Below are positions 19,367 through 28,829 of a stretch of DNA of 64,000 nucleotides, one piece after another. The notes under the pieces are model-generated. The model did not search any database. It was not told where the DNA came from and worked only from the letters and a program-made list of their open reading frames with translations. Origin of the DNA: Patescibacteria group bacterium (GTDB lineage Bacteria; Patescibacteriota; Minisyncoccia; Phycocordibacterales; PALSA-1337); contig JAGXAG010000005.1 in NCBI GenBank assembly GCA_018971685.1, positions 1,842-65,841 of the forward strand. Reading direction: 5' to 3'. The translations under genes and the position numbers were made by a program. Every line of letters begins with the position of its first letter. Position 1 is the stretch's first letter.

Positions 19367-20665
19367 ATGACAGCTAAAGATTACTTCAAGGGTAAAAGGA
19401 TAGCGCTTATCGGTTTGGGATCATACGGAGAGGAGGTCGAAGATGCCAAATTCATGATAAGGGCCGGCGCTATATTGTCGATATACGACTTGCGCAGTGA
19501 AGCCAGGCTTAAAAGCCATCTTGTCTTTTTGCGTTCTGTCGGTTTGGCCAATTATGTTTGCGGTTCTATTCCGGCCGAAGATCTTCCCGATATGGACCTG
19601 ATAATCTTGTCCAGAGAATATTCACGCAGTTCTTCTTTCTTGGAGAAAGCCACGGAAAAAGGCGTGATGATAGAATATCCGGAAACTTTGTTTTTCAAAT
19701 TGGCTCCGCCCATAACGGTGGTGGGCGTTATGGGCGCGTGCGGCAAGACGACCGTTATTTCTATGTTGGCACCGATGCTATCCGAATCTTGCGGCGGACT
19801 GTACATAAGTGACGGCGCATCCGGCGGCTTGCTGCTTTTCCTGAAGAAGATAAGGAATGGAGACATATTGATCATGAGAATTGACAGTGTGATCGCGGCT
19901 GAACTTAAGGGATTGAATATAAGCCCCCAAGTGGCGGTGCTTACGGGCGTGCCGCCAAAAGGCGTTTACAGCGATTCTCCGTTCGATGTGTTAGCCAACC
20001 AAACTTACAACAATTTCATTGTAGCTTCAGACGAAGTTATCGATGCCACGCGCGTTTACGGATTCAAGCCGCGGGCAAAGATGCTCAGGACGAAAACTTC
20101 CGTCATCCCGGAATCATGGCTGTTCAATGGTCGCACACATGACCGTGAAAATGCAGCGCTGGCCTTACAAACCGCCAAATTGTTCAAGGTGTCGGAAGAT
20201 ACGGCACAAAAAGTTCTCGAAGTATGGAAACCGCTCAAAGGCAGAGTTGAGCTAGTAAAAAAGGTAAAGATGGTCGAGTTTTACAACGACGCCGCCTCGG
20301 CGGTGCCGGAAGCGACCATGGCCGGTATTATTTCGTTGGCACAAAACCGTAATATAGTTTTGATTTTAGGCGGTGCGCACAGTGGTCATGATTACCGCGC
20401 GCTAAACGCGCTTATCCCGCAATATGCGCATACTGTGGTGCTATTGCCCGGCAGCGGGACCATCTTGGAGCGCAAGGAATTGGAGCGTTTGGACAATGTG
20501 GATGTTTTATCGGCACCATCAGTCGAAGAGGCCGTCAGGTTGGCGCAGGATCATGCGCGTTCCGGGGACCGAGTTTTGTTCAGTCCGGGCTTTGATGCCG
20601 CCGGGATCGATTCTTCGTGCAAGGAAAGAGGTGAAAGGTTCGTCAGGGCGGTTAGAGCGTTGTGA
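19367..20665 (+). CDS. MurD-like Mur ligase (divergent)
   Basis: GKRIALIGLG, GACGKTT P-loop, GRVE, FYND, LILGG, GDRVLFSPG, ERGERF; central MurD motifs eroded. Confidence 0.75.
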   Translation: MTAKDYFKGKRIALIGLGSYGEEVEDAKFMIRAGAILSIYDLRSEARLKSHLVFLRSVGLANYVCGSIPAEDLPDMDLIILSREYSRSSSFLEKATEKGVMIEYPETLFFKLAPPITVVGVMGACGKTTVISMLAPMLSESCGGLYISDGASGGLLLFLKKIRNGDILIMRIDSVIAAELKGLNISPQVAVLTGVPPKGVYSDSPFDVLANQTYNNFIVASDEVIDATRVYGFKPRAKMLRTKTSVIPESWLFNGRTHDRENAALALQTAKLFKVSEDTAQKVLEVWKPLKGRVELVKKVKMVEFYNDAASAVPEATMAGIISLAQNRNIVLILGGAHSGHDYRALNALIPQYAHTVVLLPGSGTILERKELERLDNVDVLSAPSVEEAVRLAQDHARSGDRVLFSPGFDAAGIDSSCKERGERFVRAVRAL

Positions 20666-20675
20666 GTCGTACGGT

Positions 20676-21569
20676 TCAATCGCCGCAAATCAAGCATACG
20701 GCCGAACCGTTGACCTTGAAATTCATGCGCGCGGCTTGCATAACGCCGACAACTGACAGGGCGCCGTTACTTGAGATCTTCAAGCCAGCATGTTTCTCCA
20801 CCAATTCCCGCACAGATCTGATCTCTTCATTCGAAGCGATCCAGCCGTGGCCGCCGGTTTTCTCTATAAGCGGCACCAGTGTATTTTTACGGTAGGCAAT
20901 ATGGTCGACAACGGCGTCAGCGTCTGATTTTTCTTCCGGAATATCGAAAGGACCGAATGCGTCGGCAATCGGGTGACAAGACGAAGTCTGGACAATGTGA
21001 ACCTGTGTCGGCTGTTTATTTTCCAAGAATGATTGGGCGAGCGCTTGCGCCGTCGTACCAGAAGATGTGCCGATAAATACGGCGCCAACATTTTCGATAC
21101 CAGCCAATTCTTCGGCAAGCGTTTTGTAGCCGATGAGCGCTGTGTCATCTGTGGACTGTCTCAAGCTCCGCGAACCGTCGCCGGTCGCCTGCGCCAAAGC
21201 TTGCAGTGGCCGATCCTTCTTTTTTACTTGAATGTTATCGTCAACCAGTGCTTTCAACTTATCGAGCTTTGCGGGTGATATATTCGATCCGACAAATACG
21301 GCCAAATGCACAGGTCCGACCTGTGACACATGTCCGACATCGGCATTGAGCCGTTTTATGTGCATTGCGGCGGCCAAAGCGGCGTTGCCGGAAGAGGAGA
21401 TAGCGAATTTACGATCCCCGCGTTCGAGATAGTAGCTGATCATTACGGGAATGGAACGTCCCTTATGCGAACCGTAAGGGTGCAAATCCTCGCGTTTGAA
21501 GTATAGATCGGACGCGTTGATCGCTTTCGCCAACTCAGGGTAATGTCCGGTAGGGGTTATGGTATTCAC
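20676..21569 (-). CDS. PLP-dependent fold-type II enzyme (threonine/cysteine synthase-like)
   Basis: KREDLHPYGSHKGR (PLP lysine), SSGNAA, GTSSGTT. Confidence 0.85.
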   Translation of the reverse strand: MNTITPTGHYPELAKAINASDLYFKREDLHPYGSHKGRSIPVMISYYLERGDRKFAISSSGNAALAAAMHIKRLNADVGHVSQVGPVHLAVFVGSNISPAKLDKLKALVDDNIQVKKKDRPLQALAQATGDGSRSLRQSTDDTALIGYKTLAEELAGIENVGAVFIGTSSGTTAQALAQSFLENKQPTQVHIVQTSSCHPIADAFGPFDIPEEKSDADAVVDHIAYRKNTLVPLIEKTGGHGWIASNEEIRSVRELVEKHAGLKISSNGALSVVGVMQAARMNFKVNGSAVCLICGD

Positions 21570-21639
21570 ATTGTCATATTACTATTTTTCCGTTAGTATT
21601 GAAAGCGCGTTACCAAGGTTGGACCTTGGAAATAAAACA

Positions 21640-21834
21640 ATGATTCAACAAAATATCAAAGACGAAAATTCGTTGCTCGTTTGTCCGGAATGCAAGAATG
21701 CAGTCGATCTCTCCCGTTATCCCAACCTCGCGCCCGGCATGGTGGTTGAATGCAACCACTGCGGCATGACGCTTTTGGTCAAGGAGATTATGAGTAAAGA
21801 GATCAAGGCCGATATAGTTGACGAGGGGAAATAG
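21640..21834 (+). CDS. LysW-like zinc-ribbon small protein (64 aa)
   Basis: CPEC...GMVVECNHCGMTLLV, acidic C-terminus DIVDEGK. Confidence 0.65.
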   Translation: MIQQNIKDENSLLVCPECKNAVDLSRYPNLAPGMVVECNHCGMTLLVKEIMSKEIKADIVDEGK

Positions 21835-23248
21835 TCTCTTCAATCATTCCCCTGAATCCGTGAGAACCCAGAAAGACGATGATATCGCCATCGACGGTTT
21901 GTGATTTCAAGAAAGAAACAACTTCTTCATCGTCTTCAAAATAATGAACAGAATGATGCGTCTTGCCAATGATCTCTGCCAATTCGGCGCCTTCGAGAGA
22001 CGTATTTGATTTTTCAGATCCATCCTCGACAGTCTTTAGTTTGGTCAATCTCGGAATAACCACAATATCCGCGTCTTTGAAAGCGCGGTCGTATTTCAGG
22101 GTCGATTTCCGACTGCGTCCGCCGATGTTCGGCTCGAAAACCGCGATGATTTTTCCGGAATAAATTTCCCTAAGGTTCCTCAATACCGAAGCCGCCTTTT
22201 CCGGAGAATGGGCGATATCGTCGAACACGGTAACGCCTTTTCCGTCAGAGCTGTCATTCGAAGGATCGCCGATCATCCTTTTCTCAAGCCTCCTTTTAAG
22301 CCCCTTGAATCGGGCAACCGCTTTGATTATTGTTTCGGGGTTTATGCCGATGCTATGTGCCATGGCGAAACAGCCGGTGATATTCTCCGCTTGGAACGCG
22401 CCGATCATTGGCGAATGTATGTCGAACGAATCATGTCCATGTTTTATGGTAAAATAGATGCCATTTTCTGATTGCCTGACATTTTCATAAGAATATTCAA
22501 CGCCACTCTTGCCGTATGAAATAGCCTTGCCGCGATAATCGCCCAAAACCTTGCTTACTCCCGGTGCGTTTGTGTTTGCGACGATAAACCCGGTTTTTGG
22601 CATGGAAACAATCAGCCGTCCAAAGGCCTTGAAGTAACTCTCCTCCGTAGGATACAGGTCGGCATGATCCCAAGAAACAGCCGTCAATAATAGGTGAGTC
22701 GGCTTGTAGTAGAAAAATTTCGCGGTCGGATCGGTCGGCGAGCTCTTGTATTCATCGCCCTCGAAAACACCCCAATCGCCGCCGGCCAATTTTGCCGATT
22801 GATGGGAAAGGGAAATGCCGCCGAACATATAGCTAGGATCATAGCCGGCTTGGTCAATGATGAACGACAAAAGCGCCGCCGAAGAAGTCTTGCCCCAGGT
22901 GCCGGCGCAAACGATATTGTTTTTGCGGGTGAAAAATTCACCTATGGCTCCGGCGAAAGAATAAATCGGGATGCCGTGTTCTTTGGCGTAAACAGTTTCC
23001 GGATTGCGGCTGCCGGAAGCCGTGCCGACGATGATCGCTTCCGGTACGCCGCCGGCGACCATTTTGTCCGGATGCCAACCGGCGTAATATTCGACGCCGG
23101 TTTCAGCAAGATATGTGGATACCGGCGGATAGAAACCTTTGTCGGAGCCGGTCACTTTGACGCCCACTTTGTGCAAGGCAACAGCTAAAGCGCTTGTTGC
23201 TACGCCGCATATGCCTATTACATGGATCCGTTTCGGCAGTTCCATCAT
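21803..23248 (-). CDS. Mpl/MurC-family Mur ligase (murein peptide ligase-like)
   Basis: IHVIGICG, GSDKGFYPP, AGTWGKTSS, EGDEY, DHAD, GLKRRLE, DDIAHSP. Confidence 0.85.
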   Translation of the reverse strand: MMELPKRIHVIGICGVATSALAVALHKVGVKVTGSDKGFYPPVSTYLAETGVEYYAGWHPDKMVAGGVPEAIIVGTASGSRNPETVYAKEHGIPIYSFAGAIGEFFTRKNNIVCAGTWGKTSSAALLSFIIDQAGYDPSYMFGGISLSHQSAKLAGGDWGVFEGDEYKSSPTDPTAKFFYYKPTHLLLTAVSWDHADLYPTEESYFKAFGRLIVSMPKTGFIVANTNAPGVSKVLGDYRGKAISYGKSGVEYSYENVRQSENGIYFTIKHGHDSFDIHSPMIGAFQAENITGCFAMAHSIGINPETIIKAVARFKGLKRRLEKRMIGDPSNDSSDGKGVTVFDDIAHSPEKAASVLRNLREIYSGKIIAVFEPNIGGRSRKSTLKYDRAFKDADIVVIPRLTKLKTVEDGSEKSNTSLEGAELAEIIGKTHHSVHYFEDDEEVVSFLKSQTVDGDIIVFLGSHGFRGMIEETISPRQLYRP

Positions 23249-23949
23249 GGCTGGTTAATGTTATTAGACGCTAGTATTCTTTTCACTTCCTCGATATCAC
23301 CCGACCATTTTTTGCCGTCGAACCATTCAATACCATGGAATTGGAGTTTGTAGGTGTCGCTTGGCCGTTGAAGTGAACCCATGTAGAAAAAATTTTTGCC
23401 AACATCCTTGGCGTGTTGGATCGCCATGATCATCATGCCGAGCCCGATGTCTTTGGGCGAAGCGTTAAGATCATAGAACGGATAAGAATAATGCATGAAT
23501 GAAGCTACGGAATAGACAATCGCGTATCCGACATGCTGCGGTACGACCTCGGTGCTCTGAAGTCGTACCGCAGTAGAATAAGTCAATAATCGGTTGAAAT
23601 TGCTTTTTGTTTCATCCGTAATCATCTCTTTGATTTTTTGTGCACTCATTATTCCGGGCCCGAATTTTGTGTCGTAAAAATCTTTTGCCATTTTCGCAAT
23701 CTTCCAATCGTATTTTTCCGGCGGCATGGGCAAACTGACTTTTTTCGGTTTTATGTCGCCGACCTTTTTCAGTATTCTGCGATTTTCGCTTGTCAATTCG
23801 AATTTCGACAGATCTATTCTGGCGCTTCGGGTCTGATCCATGATCCCTTTGCCGAGGCGAGTGAAAAGGTAACCGCGGCTGTACATTCCGGCGACATTTG
23901 GTTCCGAAAAATCGGTTATTATTTTTTCATCCCATTTTAAATACGGCAT
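23245..23949 (-). CDS. Ate/Bpt-like aminoacyl-tRNA-protein transferase (GNAT fold)
   Basis: RS.RIDLSKF....NRRILKK; YPFYD...IGLGMM..AI..AK..G..FFYMG....YK..F resembles the ATE C-terminal domain. Confidence 0.65.
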   Translation of the reverse strand: MPYLKWDEKIITDFSEPNVAGMYSRGYLFTRLGKGIMDQTRSARIDLSKFELTSENRRILKKVGDIKPKKVSLPMPPEKYDWKIAKMAKDFYDTKFGPGIMSAQKIKEMITDETKSNFNRLLTYSTAVRLQSTEVVPQHVGYAIVYSVASFMHYSYPFYDLNASPKDIGLGMMIMAIQHAKDVGKNFFYMGSLQRPSDTYKLQFHGIEWFDGKKWSGDIEEVKRILASNNINQP

Positions 23950-23953
23950 GAGA

Positions 23954-25081
23954 TCAATGCAACGCCAGCCAGAATCCGAATACGACGAAAATAAAATGAA
24001 TCACCCAGAACCTCATGACTGTTTTCTCCTCGCTCCATCCTTTGAGCTCGAAATGGTGATGCAGCGGTGCCATCGCAAACACTTTTTTGCCGAAAAGATA
24101 TTTCGAGATCACTTGGATGATTACTGACAACGCTTCGACATAGAACATAAAACCCAAGAAAGGCAAAGAGCCGATCTCTCCGATTGCCATCGCATTCACG
24201 GCCAGAAGTGCGCCCAAGCCCAATGAACCGACATCGCCCATCATGAATCGCGCCGGTTTGATATTGAAATAAGTGTAAGCCGACAGTGCGCCGACGGCCG
24301 TGGCGTTCAGGATCGCGATCTCACCGAAGCCGTTGATCCACGAGATCAACGAGAGTGCACTGAAAGTGATGATGAGCATGCCGCCGGTCATGCCGTCCAT
24401 GCCGTCGGTGATGTTGACCGCATTGGCGGTGAACATGACGATGAATATCACTATGGGTACGATCAGCCAGCCGGCGTTCCAGTCAAAACCGAAAGGAAAA
24501 TAGACGAAATGCCAAGCCGGGCCGAGCTTTGCGTATATCCAATACGCGGCGATGGCGCCGGCCGCGAATTGTAATAAAAGTTTCTCGTGAACGAAGACGC
24601 CGCGGCGGGTGCGCGAGCCGAACCAGACAGACAGGCGCTTGAAAGCGGTCCATGGCAAAGAAATGAGGTACCAAAGACGCATGCGCCATTCTTTATGGAC
24701 TTTGATCAGATTCCAGACATGGCCGATCTTGCGCGAGCGGCGCTCGGTGCCGTAAATATTCAAAAGGTCGTCGATGGCGCCCAACAGGGCGGCGATTATC
24801 ATTATTCCCACCGGCACCCAGGTGAAGCTCCGGGACCAATTCAAGGCGTAAGTGACGACGGCGATGGTGACTATGACGAGCAATCCGCCCATGACCGGGG
24901 TGGATGTTTTGTAGGCGTGGGAACCGACGGCGGCGAGTTCGGTTTTGGCGCCTTTGACGACCTTGAAATGGTAAAGGATGCGAGTCAGAAATGGCGCCCA
25001 CGCGAATGCGACAACGGCGCTGATCAGCATGAAACTGATGATGTAAGCGAGATCGGCGGTGCCCTGCAAAATCGTTAACAT
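23954..25081 (-). CDS. mraY: Phospho-N-acetylmuramoyl-pentapeptide transferase
   Basis: TPVMGG, GAIDD, NAVNITDGMDG, PARFMMGDVGSL, MAPLHHHFE. Confidence 0.95.
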   Translation of the reverse strand: MLTILQGTADLAYIISFMLISAVVAFAWAPFLTRILYHFKVVKGAKTELAAVGSHAYKTSTPVMGGLLVIVTIAVVTYALNWSRSFTWVPVGIMIIAALLGAIDDLLNIYGTERRSRKIGHVWNLIKVHKEWRMRLWYLISLPWTAFKRLSVWFGSRTRRGVFVHEKLLLQFAAGAIAAYWIYAKLGPAWHFVYFPFGFDWNAGWLIVPIVIFIVMFTANAVNITDGMDGMTGGMLIITFSALSLISWINGFGEIAILNATAVGALSAYTYFNIKPARFMMGDVGSLGLGALLAVNAMAIGEIGSLPFLGFMFYVEALSVIIQVISKYLFGKKVFAMAPLHHHFELKGWSEEKTVMRFWVIHFIFVVFGFWLALH

Positions 25082-25162
25082 GACGGCATATTACCATATT
25101 TTTCAGGCCTTGAATATGGACGCGAACGCCCCGCTCCCGAAATTATCTCGTGAGCGGGGCGT

Positions 25163-25933
25163 TCAGAACCAATTGAGGCGCCGGATTTCGGTCTTTGAAT
25201 TTCGGGCGCGTTCGAAGATACGGAGATTGTCGCCGAGCCACTTTTGTTCAACGAGCGATTTTTCCGTATCAGTGATTTCGATGGCGCCTTGCCTGACGCC
25301 GGTGCCGTATAGGCCATCTTCAGGATAGGCGACGGCGTGAGTGTAATAAAGTTTGGTCGGTGTGAAATTTTGGTAGTCGGCTTGGTGAATTATCAACACA
25401 TGATCCCTGTCATCGCCGCGCGCGGTTACTGATTTTCCGATCATGGTGATGATGTCTCCCGGCCGGATTTCTTTGATGCTGATCGTACCGCTGTTTCTAT
25501 TGTTTGCCAATGTGGCAATATCGCAGTTTTCGGCGGGACGCATGGAGCAGCGGATCTTGCCGACAATGCCTTTACAATTTACAAAATGAAGATGTTTGTC
25601 GATGACGCCTTTGCCGCGGTCTCCGTTCTCGGCGTTCAGTACATAATACGCGAATCCGGAACAGTCAATGCCGATATTTTCGTCAACCAACAACATCTTC
25701 AAGGACTGGTCGGCCAAAGAATCTGCGGTTATGTGATTTTTCGTTGCGACGGCTTGGATTTCCTCGAATATGTCTTTGGGACTGCCCTTGCCGACTCTGG
25801 CTCTGAGCGCGGCTCTCATCCGCGCGGTTTTATTGTTGAAATACGGGACCGAGCAAACGGCGTTGCCAAATTTGAAGTGTATATATTGATCGATCACTGA
25901 CAGCGCGCGATTTGAAACAGTTTTGGTGTTCAT
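25163..25933 (-). CDS. NlpC/P60-like cysteine amidase/peptidase
   Basis: GIDCSGF, IRPGDII, DHVLII, YTHA. Confidence 0.6.
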   Translation of the reverse strand: MNTKTVSNRALSVIDQYIHFKFGNAVCSVPYFNNKTARMRAALRARVGKGSPKDIFEEIQAVATKNHITADSLADQSLKMLLVDENIGIDCSGFAYYVLNAENGDRGKGVIDKHLHFVNCKGIVGKIRCSMRPAENCDIATLANNRNSGTISIKEIRPGDIITMIGKSVTARGDDRDHVLIIHQADYQNFTPTKLYYTHAVAYPEDGLYGTGVRQGAIEITDTEKSLVEQKWLGDNLRIFERARNSKTEIRRLNWF

Positions 25934-27126
25934 GGCCGTTGTTTGATAATTTCCGCGATCTCTTTCCCGCTTTTATTCAGTTTGCCGTGGCTCTCTACGA
26001 AACTGTGAATGCTTCGGATCCTCAACAGATCGGAATTTATCTTAACATTTGAATAAACGGTTGTCTTATATCCGGCGGATTCCATGGCAGAGATGGCGTT
26101 GGCGGGAACTTCGACGGTATCCTTGGTGACGCGCTGGATGATCTGTCCGCCATCGGAGATTTTAATCAGCGGCTGATCTATAGGCTGTTCGAGCAGAGCG
26201 AGCAGATGGGCTTCGAATATACTGAGGTCGGACTTCGATGTTGAGCTCAGGTCGGACCTCGGTAAACTTTGCAACTGCGATTCGAAAGTGGCCGAAGCCG
26301 GCTGGCGGGCATTGATCTCTATAAGGAAAATACGGCCGGATTGTTCGTCTTTGATGGCATCGACGCCGAAAAGGCCGCGCCAACCATCGGCGCGCATCCG
26401 TTCGCCGATCTCACGCGCAATGGTTTCAATCTGCGCGATTTCATTGTCGGCCAAGATCGTATGCGCGGCGCCCCAATCATTGCCGACGGTGCTGAACGGA
26501 TTGTCGGTAAACGGCGCCATGCCGGTTATTTGGTAACTGACATTGCCAACCATGATTTTGTTTTTCGCCGCGACGACATTTGCCGTGAATGACGGGCCGG
26601 CCACAAATGTCATCGCGCGCGCGGGGCGTTCCGTGAATTTTTCTTGAACCGCGCGCAATTCCTCGGCGGATCCTATTGAGACAGTGCCGTCGCCGGTATG
26701 TCCGTGCGCCCATTGAACGACCATTTTGGAGGATTTACACATGTCCGACATGTGCAGATCTTTGGTTGGAGCGATCTTATGCGCCGGCAAATACTTCAAG
26801 GCCAAGTCGCCAAGCCATTCAACTTGAGTTATTTTGTTCTCGATCTTCTCGGCGAGCGCTGCGGACGGATTCAATAATTCCCAACCGTTCTTGTTGCATA
26901 TATCTTCTATTTGCGAATTATTTTTGAACACCAGCACCGCCGCACCGCTGTTGCCGATAATTTTACGCGTCGAGTCAAGTTGTAACAATTCGGCGGTTGA
27001 GAGCGGCCTCGAATCGCGTCGCGAACTGTCGTTTGAGATTATTTTATAATCATCGCTTTCCGGCACGCCCTGCGCGCGTTCCGCATCCCGCGTTACATAA
27101 ACGATTTTCTTTTTGAACGGCTGCAT
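25930..27126 (-). CDS. ATP-grasp domain ligase
   Basis: GHTGDGT, GLFGVDAI, FLIEINAR. Confidence 0.8.
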   Translation of the reverse strand: MQPFKKKIVYVTRDAERAQGVPESDDYKIISNDSSRRDSRPLSTAELLQLDSTRKIIGNSGAAVLVFKNNSQIEDICNKNGWELLNPSAALAEKIENKITQVEWLGDLALKYLPAHKIAPTKDLHMSDMCKSSKMVVQWAHGHTGDGTVSIGSAEELRAVQEKFTERPARAMTFVAGPSFTANVVAAKNKIMVGNVSYQITGMAPFTDNPFSTVGNDWGAAHTILADNEIAQIETIAREIGERMRADGWRGLFGVDAIKDEQSGRIFLIEINARQPASATFESQLQSLPRSDLSSTSKSDLSIFEAHLLALLEQPIDQPLIKISDGGQIIQRVTKDTVEVPANAISAMESAGYKTTVYSNVKINSDLLRIRSIHSFVESHGKLNKSGKEIAEIIKQRP

Positions 27127-27224
27127 GCTGAAAGTTTAGTACAGTTTTAATTTGGAAACAATCTGCCAAAACGATGACTTTCTTGTCGTTTGAAGATCGA
27201 AGCCTCTCGTGTTAATTTGAATTA

Positions 27225-28028
27225 ATGGCATCATTATCCGTCGTCGGCACGCCGATAGGCAATATGGGCGACATTTCATTGAGGGCGCTCGAAACGCTGA
27301 AAAACGCCGACCTTATTTTGTGCGAAGATACCAGGGTGACGCGCAAATTATTGGACAAGTATGAAATAAAAACGGCGACGCTTTCATACCATTCGCACAG
27401 TAAAATATCGAGAATCGAAGAAATAATCGGGCGGTTGAAAGAAGGCAAAAATATCGCATTAGTCTCGGACGCCGGCACGCCGGGGATTTCCGATCCGGGC
27501 GCAGAATTGGTCGGGCGTGTCAGGCAAGAATTGAAAAGCGAGATCTGTTCCGGAGAATTGAAAATCGTTTCGGTGCCCGGTCCGTCGGCTCTGATTGCCG
27601 CGCTTTCGATCGCCGGAATCAGGTGCGACCAAAGTGCCGGCGGTTTCGTCTTCCTCGGATTTTTGCCGCACAAAAAGGGCAGGGAAACGCTTTTTCGGGA
27701 GATGGCGGTTTCAAAGCGCACCACGATATTTTACGAATCGCCGCACAGGATTATAAAGACGCTGGAGTCGTTACAAAAATCCAACGCTTCATTTCCCGAA
27801 GCAGCCTGTCTTAAAAAAGCGGATTCCGCACGGTCCACATCGTCAACTTCTTTAAAAAAGGCAGTACCCGAACAGAGGAAAATTCTCGACAAGCGGATAA
27901 CTGTTTGCCGCGAGCTTACGAAAATCTTCGAAGAAGTCACAAGCGGCACCGCCGAGGAAGTCAAGGAGTTTTTCGAGAAAAATCCCGATAAGATCAGGGG
28001 GGAATTCGTGGTGATTGTTTCCAAATGA
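27225..28028 (+). CDS. rsmI: 16S rRNA C1402 2'-O-methyltransferase
   Basis: VGTPIGNMGDISLRA, CEDTRVT, LVSDAGTPGISDPG, FYESPHRI, RELTKIFEE. Confidence 0.95.
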   Translation: MASLSVVGTPIGNMGDISLRALETLKNADLILCEDTRVTRKLLDKYEIKTATLSYHSHSKISRIEEIIGRLKEGKNIALVSDAGTPGISDPGAELVGRVRQELKSEICSGELKIVSVPGPSALIAALSIAGIRCDQSAGGFVFLGFLPHKKGRETLFREMAVSKRTTIFYESPHRIIKTLESLQKSNASFPEAACLKKADSARSTSSTSLKKAVPEQRKILDKRITVCRELTKIFEEVTSGTAEEVKEFFEKNPDKIRGEFVVIVSK

Positions 28029-28054
28029 AAACCTCCGCCACGACCTCTCGGGGT

Positions 28055-28405
28055 TTAGTGGCGGAGGATGATGAGTCCTTCTCTCACAAGCGACATAACA
28101 ACCGAAGTGTCTTCGTGCATGCAAGAGAGGATTATCAGGTCTCCTTCCATTGACCTGACCTTGATGCGTTGAACGGAATTCTTTTCCACCGAGCAATCGA
28201 ATTTGAATTCGTAATCCGTAAACATTTTCCCGTTCCCGTCGCAATGCCATTCTGCTGGCACGCTGCCATTTTTTCGTATCCGTACCATCAAGTCGAACAC
28301 TAATGACAGGTGCCGCCCGACAAATTCGACGCTTTTGATCAGTCCGGCGTAATGATCGCCAGATACCGCGTGGATCCAGCCAACTTTGTATGTTTCGGTA
28401 GCCAT
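28055..28405 (-). CDS. Hypothetical protein (~116 aa)
   Basis: AAGGAGG 8 nt before ATG28405; hairpin CTCCGCCAC/GTGGCGGAG at the stop. Confidence 0.55.
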   Translation of the reverse strand: MATETYKVGWIHAVSGDHYAGLIKSVEFVGRHLSLVFDLMVRIRKNGSVPAEWHCDGNGKMFTDYEFKFDCSVEKNSVQRIKVRSMEGDLIILSCMHEDTSVVMSLVREGLIILRH

Positions 28406-28550
28406 AGTAGCCACCTCCTTTCCGGCACCATAATATCATTTTGTGCCATATTCGCAAGGACTGCATACATTAGATTTAGTACACAGCATATATTCCGGCA
28501 CATACATAAAAATGTTGCCATATGCCATCACTTGCCGTTATAATAGCGAT

Positions 28551-28829
28551 ATGTCGAAAAGGCAATGGCTGATAATATTCGGAGTCATCGTAGTCGCTTT
28601 GCCTTTTTTGGGATTTCCGTTGAATTGGAACGCGGCGTTCTCGGTCGCGTTAGGATTGCTGATAATAATCGTAGCGTATAGGATAGCGCCAACAACTGAG
28701 GCAATGGCAACAAACAGTGAAGACTTGCCTTACGCGGAACATCATTCAGATATTGCGACAAAGACAATACCGAAACAAGCGAATATTCCGGAAGAGAGCA
28801 TTACCAGCGACAGTCAATCAAATCAGTAA
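28551..28829 (+). CDS. Small two-TM membrane protein
   Basis: TATAAT 6 nt before ATG; IIFGVIVVALPFLGFP..W...LGLLIIIVAY. Confidence 0.7.
   Translation: MSKRQWLIIFGVIVVALPFLGFPLNWNAAFSVALGLLIIIVAYRIAPTTEAMATNSEDLPYAEHHSDIATKTIPKQANIPEESITSDSQSNQ

Noticed and set aside
21640-27126. Canonical LysW lysine/arginine biosynthesis operon
   Set aside because: No EDWGE terminus and no kinase, reductase, aminotransferase or peptidase partners
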